From: Syncephalis fuscata S228
Taxonomy: Eukaryota > Fungi > Zoopagomycota
Assembly: GCA_025786725.1 (NCBI GenBank)
Contig: JAHLTZ010000003.1
Coordinates: 372,001 to 436,000, forward strand
Direction: 5' to 3'
DNA: 64,000 bases
Positions 13,189 to 27,186 of this stretch are shown here, piece after piece. The translations under genes and the position numbers were made by a program. The notes beneath the pieces were generated by a model that did not search any database, was not told the origin of the DNA, and saw only the letters and a program-made list of their open reading frames with translations. Position 1 is the stretch's first letter, and every line of letters begins with the position of its first letter.

Positions 13189-15904
13189 TTAACCTGATCG
13201 CATTTCAACAATGGCTCGGTGGCCACGACTACGCAAATGGCCTTCAAATTGTGCAAATTGAGTAGGTTGATTTATCGGATACACAGCACCGGTGCAGTCC
13301 TGACACCGAATCACCATGCCACCGCTACCTGTACCATCGTAGATCACATCCATTCGATCCTCCGGATACTGCATACTGACTCGACTTAATCCTTGTGTTA
13401 ACCAAACGGGCCATTGCTAATAAATAAAATAGTTGTAATACAAAAATGCACCATCATTGAGTATTGACACTATTAAATACCATTGTTACTTACCGTTGGT
13501 GGAACCGGTCCTACAAGAGGCATCGTAGCAGGATTAGCTAGCCCGGCAGCATTATTGATATTTGTATTACTATTGTTGTTGTTGTTATTGTTGTTATTAG
13601 GCGTTGTTGGGGTCGGTGCCGTCGACGATGTAGATAGTGCAAGTTGTGCATGAGCAAGCGCACTATTGTTCATCGGTGTCGTAGGCTGGTTTAATCGCAT
13701 AGGATTCATGGTATATGGTTGGCCAGAAAGCGCACCATTCATGCTTTGGGCAGACCTAATAGGCAGACCAGTCGCTTGAGTAGAATTCATAGCACCGCCT
13801 CCTGGCTTGCCATTAAGTAAATGAGCCGTTGCTGGTGTTGTCATGTGCATACGGGTCGGTGTCAATGGTAGATTGGCCGTGGGTTGCAGTGAGCCTAATA
13901 AATGCAATTGTTTAGTTATACAACTAATGAATGATTAATATCAGTGAATACTTACCACAATGATTGCACATAATCTAGTAAATAAATACAAAATATAATC
14001 GTGTTAATAGTCTATTGATCCAACAGCTGAATTACTTACCCGAGGCTGTCCTGTTTGTGTATTAACGGTCATGGCACCTTGCAATGCATTACCGCATCCT
14101 TTACAGTTCTGGTTAGAACCGGATCGGGTTGGACTTTGCGGGGTCATGCCAGCACCCGTGTAGGATGATGAAGCAGTGGCATTACGGAATTCAAATACGG
14201 TATATTTGCCTGGCGTGGCATTGCTAGCGCCAGCACTATGGCCACTTGGTTGTGGACTATTCATATTATTACGTACATATTCTTGAATATCTTGTTTAGC
14301 ACGTAATTTGGCCGTACGTGTACTTCGTAAAGGTGCATCGCCTAGTACAGGTGATTCGGACGAAGCACGTGGCTGCGATATGGTTGTACGGCTTGTTCGC
14401 ATCGGTTCACGTTCCGGTAAGGCTACATGACGACGATTTCGCGTTTGTCGACGTTTGCGTCTAATTATGTTATAATAGATTGGTTAGTACTACCAGTATA
14501 GAACTAGTCTTTTATGTCATTACCGGACATCTCGTTCTGCATCTCGTTCGATCTTTTCCATTTCAAAATCGGTCAATTCATTTAATATTGGATAAGCGTG
14601 GGCAATTGGTCGGCGTACTGCAGCTACAGGAGGTAAAAAGTTGGCGCGTAATTCTTCATCGCTGGCCAAAGCATTCGATTCAGGTGCATGTCCCAGCAAT
14701 GAGAGAGTCTTTTCATAAACGTAGACTTGTTCTCTAATTGAATGAGCAATGGCCGTACTAATGATAGATGATTAACAATATATACATTTATATATCTATA
14801 TATATATATCACGCAATTATGCTTACCAATATTCACCAGAAAGTGCCATCTCAGCTGCTACATTCGTCGCTACTTCTTCCGGTGCCATTTCATCATTTGT
14901 TAAATCCCATTCTAATTGATCAACAAAAATGCGACTACTTGTTACTTCGCTAATATCAACCTATACAAGAATATCGTTAGTACTATTTAATCCATTCATC
15001 AATACTTGTATAGATCTTACTTTAACATTAATTCTAAGCTCTTCGTTCTTTTCTCCTTCTTCCGTGCCTTCAAGAGCTAGCCAAGATCGACGTGTAGCAA
15101 ATGGCTTGTAGTCTTCCAATTGTTCTCGAATCGAACGTGCAGCCATTTGGATAAATGCTTGAGGTAATTTTAAATCATGGCATAAAACCTCAGCAAAATG
15201 TTCTGGTGTAATAAGTGTCTCTATAATCTACGCGTCAGTAATTATTACATTTTATAAATAGATCAATAACCTACCCGTCAAATTCCACGTAAATACATCA
15301 CGTAACTTATGACCATCAGCTTCTAAATCAAGTCGAATTGGTACAAGTACATTTTCACAATCGGCTTGTTTTTCCAGTTGTTGTTTTGTACTAGAATCAT
15401 CATAACATAGTAAATAAATAGAGAAAATAAAGCGTTAGATAGCCACTCTTAACAATGCATTTTTAATCATCGATCCAAACTCTAATTGCTTACAATTTAA
15501 TACTTACAATCTTACTTCCTTTGTACGTGTGGGTCGTTTACGTTTTGCAGGAATTAATATGTGAAATTTTGCACCTGTTGATCCATTGCCGTAGCCACGA
15601 TATCCAGCACCGAACCAGCCACCTGTTGCTGCTCGATACTGGGCATCGCGTTGAATTAACGAAAACAGCTCATGTTGTGTATGAGCTTGTCGTTCTATCG
15701 TCGCTCGATAGGTACGTTCATGCTCTCGATACTGTGCCACTCGGGTCTTTTGCAGTGATGTCATTGTATCGCCGCCCGTATCTACTTCGTCTTTAACGGT
15801 GGTGACATTGGCATTGGCATTACTATTACTAGTTGCGGTATGCCCATATCTGTTTCAATGCCTAGTGCCGTGGTTGGCGCTATGGATGGCGTTGGATTCG
15901 CCAT
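13189..15904 (-). CDS. SNF5: SNF5/SMARCB1-family chromatin remodelling subunit, multi-exon
   Basis: Minus-strand exons encode ENVLVPIRLDLEADGHKLRDVFTWNL..LITPEHFAEVLCHDLKLP..SIREQLEDY, a second repeat FVDQLEWD, and an ERDAGRLRKRRQTR-like segment. The start position is approximate and indels are present. Confidence 0.8.
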
Positions 15905-16623
15905 CTTATTAACGCGACCAGCGATGAATCAACTCAATAGTCTATTATTACTATGTATTATAACTATTACTATTATAGCTATTCCAGTGTATATTTATAC
16001 AGCCACCAATAAAGGTGTTAATAATAGTAGTAATAGTAGTAATAATAATAATACTATCCGTAATAAACGCGTATGGTCAAATTGACAAATATTGACGTGA
16101 TGAGTGGTGGTGGTGGTGAGTGAGTCTGTAGTCAAAAGGTCAATAAAAGTGGAGTGAAAGTAAAAGTAAATAAGAATAGAATAGAAATTGTGTGTTAGTG
16201 TGTGTTTGTGTGTATGGATAAACTTACACTCTCCATTTTCATCTTTGATCTATGTGATGGATGTTAATTAATTGTCATTTCTACTATTAATCGATCACCA
16301 TCAATCTATAATAACAATAATAATACACTAATACATCTTTTTATTTAAATATTTTCAAAACATTGACTCAGTAAAACCTTTTCACAATAGTGAATTGGTT
16401 AGTGTTATGTTACAAATTATAGTTTTTCTTACATTATTACTACAATTCAGTTAATAGTTAATAAATAACTGACCCTTTAACCTTATAAAGGGACACGGCG
16501 TATTACTATTATCGTTATCGCTATCGTTGTTGTTACGTTCGTTGAAACTAGCCTTCTTTTTCCATTAGTCGCATTCCTTACTTCTATACCGACCACTTGT
16601 GCAGAGATCTAGGTATATTGACT

Positions 16624-19600
16624 ATGACTACTGTACCACAAGCAGTGGCTGCGTACTGGTCACAAGGCATGGCCGCTCAAGCAGCCGAGGATATTGTTGT
16701 GGGCAAGTGTCGCGTATTAAACATTTTATTAATAAGCAATACTAATCTTTATCTATATACGTATACGTGTATATATCGTGTAATAGCCATCAATACTGAG
16801 GAGAACAATAGTATACTGCTTATGATACAAGCACTTCAACCGCAACTTACTAGCGAACAAAGTAGTGAACGCATCCAAGGTAAACTGCTTTAATAACCAT
16901 CCCTTATTTAATCTGATTGATTAACATGACTAATTGCATTAGGAATTGAATTATTAAATACCGTATTGGATAAATGTGATACACATCGTGTTACAACATC
17001 TATTGGTAACTAATAGAAAATAGTATTGCATCTATTTGATTAATATTATTTTATTGTTATAGCTCGTGTATTAATTGAATTCTATGTCAATCGATTGGAT
17101 ACGGATGAAGCATGTCTTGAAACAATGCTGACAGGTCTATTGATATTTGAACGATTTTCAACACTTGAAACGGATCAAATAGAAAAAATAATAGTGGCGT
17201 ATGTAATAATCTACTCATTTATCAAATAACTAATCTATAATGTAACGGTTTATTTAATTAAAATAGGTTGTTACAGTTGAACGTACAGCGGTATCCTCAA
17301 ACAACTCGATATGTTGTATTTCGTTTAATGGATTGGCTAATTACCAATTATGCTTCAGGTAAATATGATGCATTTTATTTGAATACTATTTATTAATACT
17401 CCTATAGCACTGGCATCTAAATCTCCATCTTCCCTAGATGTAGTATTGGGATTCATTAAGATTATGGATGGTGAAAAGGATCCCCGTAATTTGTTATTAG
17501 CCTTTTCGGTATCTCAAAAGTTGATTCAAACATTTGATGTAACACAACACGCAGAAGTAAGTAACTATTTTATTTAAATTGTTGTAAATATTAACATGCT
17601 ATTAGGAATTATTTGAAATTCTCTTTTGTTACTTTCCAATTACTTTCCGTCCACCACCACATGATCCATATGGTATTACTGCTGATGATTTAAAACTTGC
17701 CCTTCGGTAATTACCTATATTCTGTTCAATACTATTCTATTGTTATTAATATTATCTATAACTATTAGTAATTCATTGGCCGCTACTCCACTCTTTGGAC
17801 CCATGGCATTACCGATGTTGATTGAGAAACTATCATCTAGTCTGGGCAGTGCCAAAGTAAGCTTTATAGATACTGATTAATTTTGAATCATACTTATTAT
17901 TCTTGTTATATTTATTAGAAAGATGCACTTGATACCATTGCGGCATGTGCACCTATCTATGGTGTCACACTGTTGATCGAGCATTTTGATACATTATGGA
18001 GACTTATTCAGGCTGAGGTAATAGATATATAGGGTATTAGTAGATAGAGTGAAATAGTTTAACAAATGTACTATATAGATATTCAATGCTATGGATGATA
18101 GTGTAACCGAATCAGCTTGTCATACATTAAGATCATTAGCAACAGTCATGAGTCGTGCAAATCAAGAAGCCAGCCCATCACCAGCGACTCTATTGCTTAA
18201 TGCTGCACTGGACACTATTAATAGCGAACTTGCCAGTACATCATCATCCTCTAATGAAAACCAACGCTATAAGGCTATATCTCAAATAATAAGATCTATT
18301 GGTGGTGCTACATGTAAGTCATTGTTGTTAATATAGTATAACAGGTTATTGATTCTATTATACACCAACTATTACATCTGTAGCCACTTTACTTGAGAAG
18401 CTATGTCAACAGCTAATACCATCCATTATAATGCAATACCAAGGAGAAGATATTCCCGTAACTCGTAAAAGATCATTTTTATTGGTTCTTGGGTCATTTT
18501 TAGAGGCTGGTCAAGATATTTACGGTGAACTAGTACCAGTTGATATAAGCGATGAAGGTAAATAGGATATCTATTAACTATGCAAATATATAAATGTAGC
18601 TATAACAAATTCAATAATAGTAATGGAAACAGTCCAGCCTGCTGTGGCATTGATACCATTTAAAGAGAGTATGATGCAATTATTTGGAACAGCTTATACT
18701 TCAACGGCAGAATATGATCAATTAAGACATACAGGTCTAGAAGGTGTAAAACATTTGCTTTTCATATCAGGACTATTACTGCCAAATGAGGTGAATATCA
18801 ATAACACACATTTATATATTTAATTAATACTGAATCTATCATTTATTATAGGCAGGTATTATGGTACAACAAATTATTCATGTTATTCTAGATCAGTTAA
18901 CTTCAATGGTAGAAGAAGAGCCAGGAGAATTACGGTAATAGTATATTGCTGGTAATAGTAATGGTATTTATACTTATATATATATATGTATATTTAATTA
19001 GATCAAAATCAATTGAAATACTAACTCAATATACACTACATCGGCCCATGGTTGTTAAAGATGTGGCATTTCAACCTTGTATCGCTCAATTATCCGAGGC
19101 TATTATGCTATCAACAGCTGATGCATCGATCGATAAAGATATACCTCGACAAATAAAAGCCAAGATTCAAATGGCCTTGCATGTAATGGCTGCTTGTGCA
19201 GTTACACGTTACTTATTTGAAGATGTTCTACTACAATGGCTCGATATTATCGATCATCTTGACACAAGGATTAGTGACGATACTAAACAGTCCGCCAATC
19301 AATGGTTACTTATCCAACTACTACAATCTATTCTACGTGTTTATCAGTCGGCCGAGACTAGAATATCTAATGATACACCATCAACTGGGCCTATCATTCC
19401 GGCATCTATTTATCCAACGATGCTTCTATTTCTACTATCCAAGATAATTGAGCCTACACTTTGTTCAAATGCGAATACAGGCCATGGCAATTCGTTATTT
19501 GCCGATAGTACAGTTATATCGACGACAGCCCATTTACTAGGAGAAGGCATGCGTCTATTGGATAATGAACAGTAGGTTTTATTAAATTATTTACTTTTAA

Positions 19601-21300
19601 TTGGATTACTAACTAGATGATATATTTAGATTACAACAAACAGTTTTAAATCAAATAATGACATTGTTTATGCAAGGTGATTTATCTGGTTTAACTTTGG
19701 TTAGTCAACAGTCAACAACTCCGTTTATACCATTACAAGTAAGCATTATAATTACTAGTCTATTATAATAGATATTTACTGCATTATTATAGAAAGGTGC
19801 ATTGATTGAACAACAGAACACTGTACCGTTATTAGCAGCACTATTGAATCATTGTAGACCAGCGGTAATTATTACTATCATACCATAGTAATATATTAAT
19901 AACTAATTAATATTAATAATATAATATCTAGGTCAAAATACCTGTAGAATCTACATCATCATTTTTATTCCAGTTATTGGAGGTTGGGTGTGATGATCAA
20001 ACCACGACGGTTAATAGTCAAGCATTAGCGCAAATGAGTGCTTCTATCATTAATAAAATGGGTAATTACTATTTAATAAAATAGATTAATAGTAATGGCT
20101 AATAATCAACACTAATAGATACAAAGCAAAGAGAGGCACTATTAAATGATTGGTTTCAATCAATTAAACAGCGCCTATACGATCAACAATTATCGATCAA
20201 TGGTCGACGTGCAGCTCTTGTATTTCTATTATGGGTAATTACTAGCATTGTTTAAATGCTACAACCTATAACTAATATGTCTATCTATTTATTAGTCAAC
20301 AAGAGCATTTGCTTTATTAGCACACCCAATGGCTCGTGAAATGACTATTCAAATCATTGAGTGCTTTAAAGAAAGTGATTTGGCACAAGATGCATCACAT
20401 GGATTCAGTATTATTACTCAAAGTCATCAACAACAACAGGAGACTGCCGATTGTTTAACTGCTGATCAACGTACATTTACAGTGACAAAGGTAAATAGAT
20501 TATATTAGTTAGTTAATTAGTTAGTTAATATAATCTATTATAACATAATTATAGTTATTACATAGACAAAAGTTTTTCATGTATGCTCTTCCAATGATTA
20601 CTCAAGGGTTCCATGAAGCATCTGATGGTAATTATATTAATAGTATATGTATATAATATTAACAAATAACTGTGTCTAGATACTCGAGTCTATTATCTAA
20701 TTGCTCTATCACATCTACTTAGTAATGTACCAAAACAGATTATGCTCGAGGCACTTCCACCGGTAATACTACTAATATGATACTAATTTGTTTTACTAAC
20801 AACAACAACAACAATAGCTTGTACCGCTACTTATTCAATCACTATCGATCCGTGGGGATACATCGCTTAAACAGTCAACACTCACTGTATTTTCACTTAT
20901 GGTCAAAGAAGCGCCTCATCTTGTAGCCGAACACATTGGTACATTAGTGGATCAGGCATTAGAAATATGCCAGATAAATGAACAACGCAACAATCCAATG
21001 GTAATAACAACACTTTTTAACATCTAATGATTACTTTATTGACAAATAGTCTTGTATTTAGATTATTCGTATAGCAGCACTGCAATTCCTAGCCTTAATG
21101 CCGGTTCATGTACGTTATGACGTACTGCATCCATTTAAGAGCCTTGTGCTACGCATTCTCGCAAAGGTTGTTGATGACCCGAAACGCCGAGTACGTAAAG
21201 AAGCAGTACTTTGTCGACATTACTGGTAAGTAGTAGAATGGTTGGTGTTAAATAAAAGGCTAATTCTAGTTACACCAGGATTAATCTATCAGCAAGATAA
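16624..21300 (+). CDS. MMS19: MMS19/MET18 cytosolic Fe-S targeting HEAT protein, many exons
   Basis: MDGEKDPRNLLLAF, LFCYFPITFRPPPHDPYGITADDLK, and C-terminal DDPKRRVRKEAVLCRHYW. Confidence 0.9.
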
Positions 21301-21378
21301 TTTGCTATTGTCAATCTATTGTCGGATAATGTGATAATCATTGCTTTATTATTACTAATACTATTGCCATTACAATTA

Positions 21379-23395
21379 TTAAATGGATTCGGCCCATTTA
21401 AATGCACCCATGACTAATCGATTACTGGGTAGACGAGAGGCTGATGGTGTTAATACGGTCATTTTGCGCTTAGTAGTATTTACATCCGATCTATAAATAA
21501 ATATAAATATATAAATAAATGAAATATTAGTGCTATTGAATGACTTACACGTAGACAAAGCCCAATACGCTGGCCATAACCAATTTCTCTTCCTCTTCCG
21601 GATGATGAGTATGTATTGTAATTGCTGTTGTTGAAGTATCTGTCGTGGCTGTTGTGCCATCAGATGAATCCGGTGCTACAATAGGAGCACAACCGGTGGC
21701 ATCGACTATGGCTAATATTGAGTGTAGCAGAATGTCACCGGCTTCAATGGGCACTAAGCGTTCACTTGAAGATTTACGATCAGCACCCAATGGCAAGGCT
21801 GAGGAAGGTACTACATTCTCTGTGATTATACATATTAATGTGGTTGGTTACTGTTATTGCAATTATTGATAAAATAAACGGTTATTTACCCTCGCCCACA
21901 CGGTAGATTCTAACGTCATTAAAACTGATCACTAATGAAAATGGCGATAGTTCACATTGACCAGGGTGTCCGTAAAAGTATTCACGTATTCTACGCATTT
22001 GTGATTGACGTAAAAATGATTTATCACGACGAGCCACCTAAAATGATTGTTAAATAAGGTTGCCTTGCTATTTTATTAAACTTACACCGCCCAATTTAGT
22101 CAACTTTAAAATAGTTACTTGTGATGAATTGGATAAAGATCGGGTAAGATCGCTGTGTAGTCGTTCATGCCCCAGCACTAATACAACATCCGCTATGATA
22201 GAGTAAGTACGTAAGTATATGCAAGTGTTAATGAGTTACCAGAGAACGATTGAATAATATGTAGTAAAAGTTCAAATTCACCATGTTCCACACATCCATT
22301 TGTATCGACAATCATGCCAGAATGCAAAGCTATGTACATATCATATGTAAATAATTGATTATTATTATTAATAAATGGTTCGTTAGTTACTATTTCTACT
22401 ACCTTCTTGATCTTCATTAAGGCGTGCATCAACTGTGGTGGCCATTTTGCTAATTAGCTTATACAGTAATTTTGGATTCTCTTGCGGCGAATCAAATCCG
22501 TAATAATATGCCACCGGTGCCCTACTACCTCCACTGGCCGTTAAATCAAGACCAATTGATCCCAGTTCCTCCTCTGGATAAACTGGTAGATCAACCATAG
22601 CTGTCGATATCGCACCAGGCATAACAGTGCCGCCCTAATATCACCGATGAATAACGCTAACGTAGATGTACATAAAAGTTCCACTTACATCAGCAGTATC
22701 TAGGCTGACAAACATTGGCTGACGACCTTGGCGTACGGCATAGTTAAGCAGTATCTTGGCTAGTGAGGTTTTACCCGAATCAGGAGCGCCTACAAGCACT
22801 ACCTATATAAAATACGACTTGCTTGTAATCAACCGTATCCTTCCACTGTAATAACCTACCCGAGGACCTTTTGTATTTTGACTGCTGCAGTCACTCGTCG
22901 CTCCTCTAGCGAAGTATGGATATTGAGAAACATAGGCATCGGTGTATCGTCTGCTACATAGTCTGCGCCACCTGCCGCGGGTAAGTAAATCAATCAATGG
23001 CCACCACACAGTTAAAGAATAGTACAAAAATCACAGTTGAGTGGTGGTTGCTCGTTTTACGCAAGGATATTTCATTCAATTCAATTGTACAGCCTTGCCA
23101 CGTAAATATCGCGAGTTTTTGTCCCGAAAAGCGATACTCTTTATCTACCATTAGCTCGCAGCCAAATATCTCGGCCGTACCTTCGGTCATCTAGTTGGAG
23201 TAGCAGTAAAGGCAGCCGGTTAGTTGGTTGGTACGCAGCACAAGTAAAAAACGTCATTACTTTTAAAGTTAAATTGTAACCAAATTCCACTTCTAGTCGA
23301 AGTTCATTTTCCGCCTCGAGCTTAATCTTGCGGTTTGCATTGCCGCTGTTAAGATTAGACGAGGCGTTAATTGGCAATAAAGATGGATCGGTCAT
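21379..23395 (-). CDS. CLP1: Clp1 polynucleotide kinase / CF IA subunit
   Basis: KLEAENELRLEV, EGTAEIFGCEL, KLAIFTWQGC, P-loop GAPDSGKTSLAKILLNYAVR, SGMIVDTNG, YFYG and C-terminal VLGFVYVSDV. Confidence 0.92.
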
Positions 23396-23772
23396 ATTTG
23401 TTGACTTGAAAGAGATTTAGTGTGGTTGTTGTGTTTATTGTGGCTTTAAATAAATATGATTTTTATGATGATGATGATGCTGATTGTTATATGTGATGTA
23501 ACCATTAAAAAAGATTTAATAATTGATATGATGTGTGTTTATTTCGATTCAAGTGTAATTAAAATGAAACCATATGTTTATTATTACAAGCTTGCATAGT
23601 TGAATAGATGCAAATGAGTGCAAGCTTATTGACAATACAAGGGAATCATTAAAAGCTGAATAAACTAAAGCATTGGCTGGAACTTGATACGGGATTAGAC
23701 TAAACGACAGCTGCCAAATGATCTTGCTTTTTACCAAATATCCACCTATAGTATATTACGTTAACAATCGAT

Positions 23773-24870
23773 TTATTCTGCCAATCCTGATGTCTTGAAA
23801 GCATTGGCTATTTTATATTTATAAATAAACGCAGTATATTTCATGTAATTGGTTTATACTCAAGTAATATACAGCGACACTTACTATCTATTAATGCAAG
23901 TTATTAGACATACGCGATACATGGCATATGCTTAATGCGTGGCTGATTGATATATAGTGGCACTTACTATCTATTAGTACAAATTATTAAACATAAAGTG
24001 TAGAACATATATTTAATGCGTAGTTAATTAATATACAATGGTACTTACTTGCTATAATTACATATTAATTAATACACCCGGTACATAGTTACATTTAGTA
24101 AATAGTTGACAAATATACGGTGTCACTTACAATCTATTAGTGCAAGTTATTAAGCGCACAACATATGTCATATGCTCGGTTTATTTTTTTTAATTGCTAT
24201 ACCATGTCACTTACGGGCTATCAATCCATGTTGTTAAAATACATAATAAATGCCATATGTTTAGTATATAGTTGATTGCTGTACAATGTTACCTACTCTC
24301 TATTAATAAAGATTATTAAACGCACACAGTATATGTTATATGCTTAGCGTATAATCGATGAATATACAATCTCACTTACAATCTATTAATACAGTTTATT
24401 GCATGTAAACAGTAAGTATGATTTATTTAGCACATAGTTGACCAATATGTAATAACACTTACTTTCTATTTGTATAATTTATTAAACAAACGATGTATAG
24501 CATGCAATTAGTACATAAACAACTAATATGCAATGGTAATTACCTCCTATCAACACAAATCATTAAGGACATATAATGAATGGTATATTATTAGTGTGTA
24601 AATAATTAATATACAATATCACTTACCCTTTATTAATACAAATGATGAAACGCACACACACGCACACACATTACATTGCATATATTTAGTGCCAGCTTAC
24701 TAATGTATAATACTACTTACTATCTATTAACATTATTATTTTAGTACAAACAATAGTTAACTAAATAAATATATAATTATTATAGCAACAACATACCACG
24801 CCGAATTAGAGCTGTCCTAGCATCCATTATGAATGCAGAGGCTGTAAAGGCCACAATAGTGATGTTGATG
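23773..24870 (-). pseudogene. Micro-exon secreted-peptide gene, copy C (degenerate)
   Basis: Exon 1 ..ITIVAFTASAFIMDARTALIRR+G|gtatgt (ends 24797) lacks the homologous ATG. Eleven 3-nt exon slots follow at ~84-bp spacing (ata, agg, gag, aaa, att, aga, ccc, att, caa, ata, ata). Slot 2 acceptor is AA instead of AG, and the att|aga junction makes TAG. The last exon ends TAA at 23775-23773. Confidence 0.75.
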
Positions 24871-27186
24871 TTGATATTGATTTGTGAAACAAATAAGTAG
24901 AGTGAACACTAGTGTGTGGTTGGTATGAAGTGGACAATGGTGAGTATTTAATTAAAAAAGTAGAGCGCAACAATGATAGCGCTATTTAATCGTGTGTATT
25001 GTGCGGTCTATTTAAATCTATGCTCATTCTGGGGCATCAGTATACTACATTGTATGAAATGTACCCTTGCAGTGTAATGTAGCCAATAAAGCACGCACAT
25101 ACCGATAAAACAATGTCACGATATTATGCAGTCTGGTTTTTGTTTTAACCTGTTTAATATTTACACAAATCATACGGGTAGTAATGATAATCAGTATATA
25201 TGTGTGGAAATTTCCCTACTAATTCTGCTATGTAACAACCAGTTCATTCATGCGGGTTAAACTAAATTTATTGGTTGATTTTTGTAGAAACATTGAAGAC
25301 ACACCATTGTGCCTTTGCTGCTGTTTTCACCGACAATCTCAACACTTAATGTCAGTATGTATTTTAAACAATGTACAACACCAACATAAAGGCGGCATTA
25401 ATGCACTGAAATTGTATCTCTTTAAATATATCTATTATTGTGCATAACGTAGTTATAGTTCCTTAGACCACAAAGGATATACTAATTAATTCAAACGTTC
25501 ATTCAATTTGAAAATTATGACCTAGCTACAAAAATAAACGGTTTATTTTTAACGCAGTAACATCAACTGTTAATATAAATAGTATTTTCGACAATTACTT
25601 TTATTATTGATTATTGGCCACGATGTAACGGCATTTCGACAATAAAACGCTGAACCCAAATGGTAATGTTATTGATTGTTTCACCATAAAGTAATACAAA
25701 AACGCTGAATTGTACCCTCAGACCGTCTCAGTCGAATGTACTTAGTTTTTGAGTTTAGAGCAGCAATGGGCGACATATTAGTTAGTAATGATTTTAGTGC
25801 ACAAATGAATTATTTACCAATGGCTTGTTTTGCTATAACCATTATAATTTACTATAAATTTATATCATTAATTGCCAATAGTTTTAGAAAAAACTATAAA
25901 TCAGAATTTGGCAATGATTTTAAATTTCAAACACGTTTTCAATAGTTTGAAAAATAAATAACATAGTGTCGTGGTTGCAAAAAATTTAATTAGTTATTTT
26001 GTCAGCATAAGTCTGGTTTTTTTAAAAATTATTATTTGAATTAAAATATAGCAAAACAAGTAAAATTAATTTACCTAAATGCAATTTTAATTGTAGAACA
26101 TATCATTAATAAAACTGTGTCTATCTTAAATCACATTGTGTCAGTATTCAAAATAAACAAAAGCTTATCAAAACTGCTTTTATTCCATATAGATTGACAA
26201 GAGAACAGTAATGGCCATATCAGAATATAATAGCGCAAATAGCACTCATTTTATTTGGTCATTTCTCATTCCAAATACTATTTAAAAGGCAAATTTACTA
26301 CCGTTTTGTTTGCCATGATACTCTGAAACAATTAATGCAAAGCACGGACTGATAGCAATACTGATAGCATGGGATGAGCTTTGCATAGTAATTAGTATAG
26401 ATAAAGCAACCCACAGTGCTGGTGCCTATTTATGGCGCAAATCATACAAAAACATCCAGGTTCAATTAGTGGCAGGTTCATGTACTATCCAATTAAGCAT
26501 ATTCTATTTTAAGAGATGCTTTTTCGTCAAGACCCGAAACGTGTTAATGCATACGCATGAGCAATAACCTATTTTAGAAACTGAATTTTTGCCACGTTCC
26601 AGTATTACCGTTTAAATCTCAGCTTGAAGGCGAATGTGACCAAAAGAAGCATATTTACGAAACTGGGAGGTACTTGATGCTCTTCTATATAGCGGACTTT
26701 TGTTGGCTATTTGGCGCTTGAACCGATAGTTTTATACGCCGCGATTTCGTTTTATTTGCGCAACTCTTACAACTAAACACACTTACAGCCACGCTTTTAT
26801 CACGCTTCCATCAATTTTACGCATCATTGTTGTCCAACCATTGTCTGTTGCCGTGCAAGTATCGGATAATTTTGCTACTCGGCTACTATCTTTGGTTCGA
26901 CAAGCATTCAAGAACACTATATAATCCTTTGCAGCATAACGAAAAGAGAGAAGTGCGATAGACTTGATATGATAGAATTCTTTATTATTCTATCTATAAT
27001 TAAGCCTTAATATCGTCTAGTACTATTAATACTGTAACGTATTTATCTCGTTTTCTTTATTATATACATCGGACACTGTCAGCTTGTCACGTTAATCATC
27101 GAGCGTTTGGAGTGTTTAACTGTTTGAAGTATTTAATACTTTTCGGTATTTCGATATAATACACGAAATCAATATACATCGTTGAA

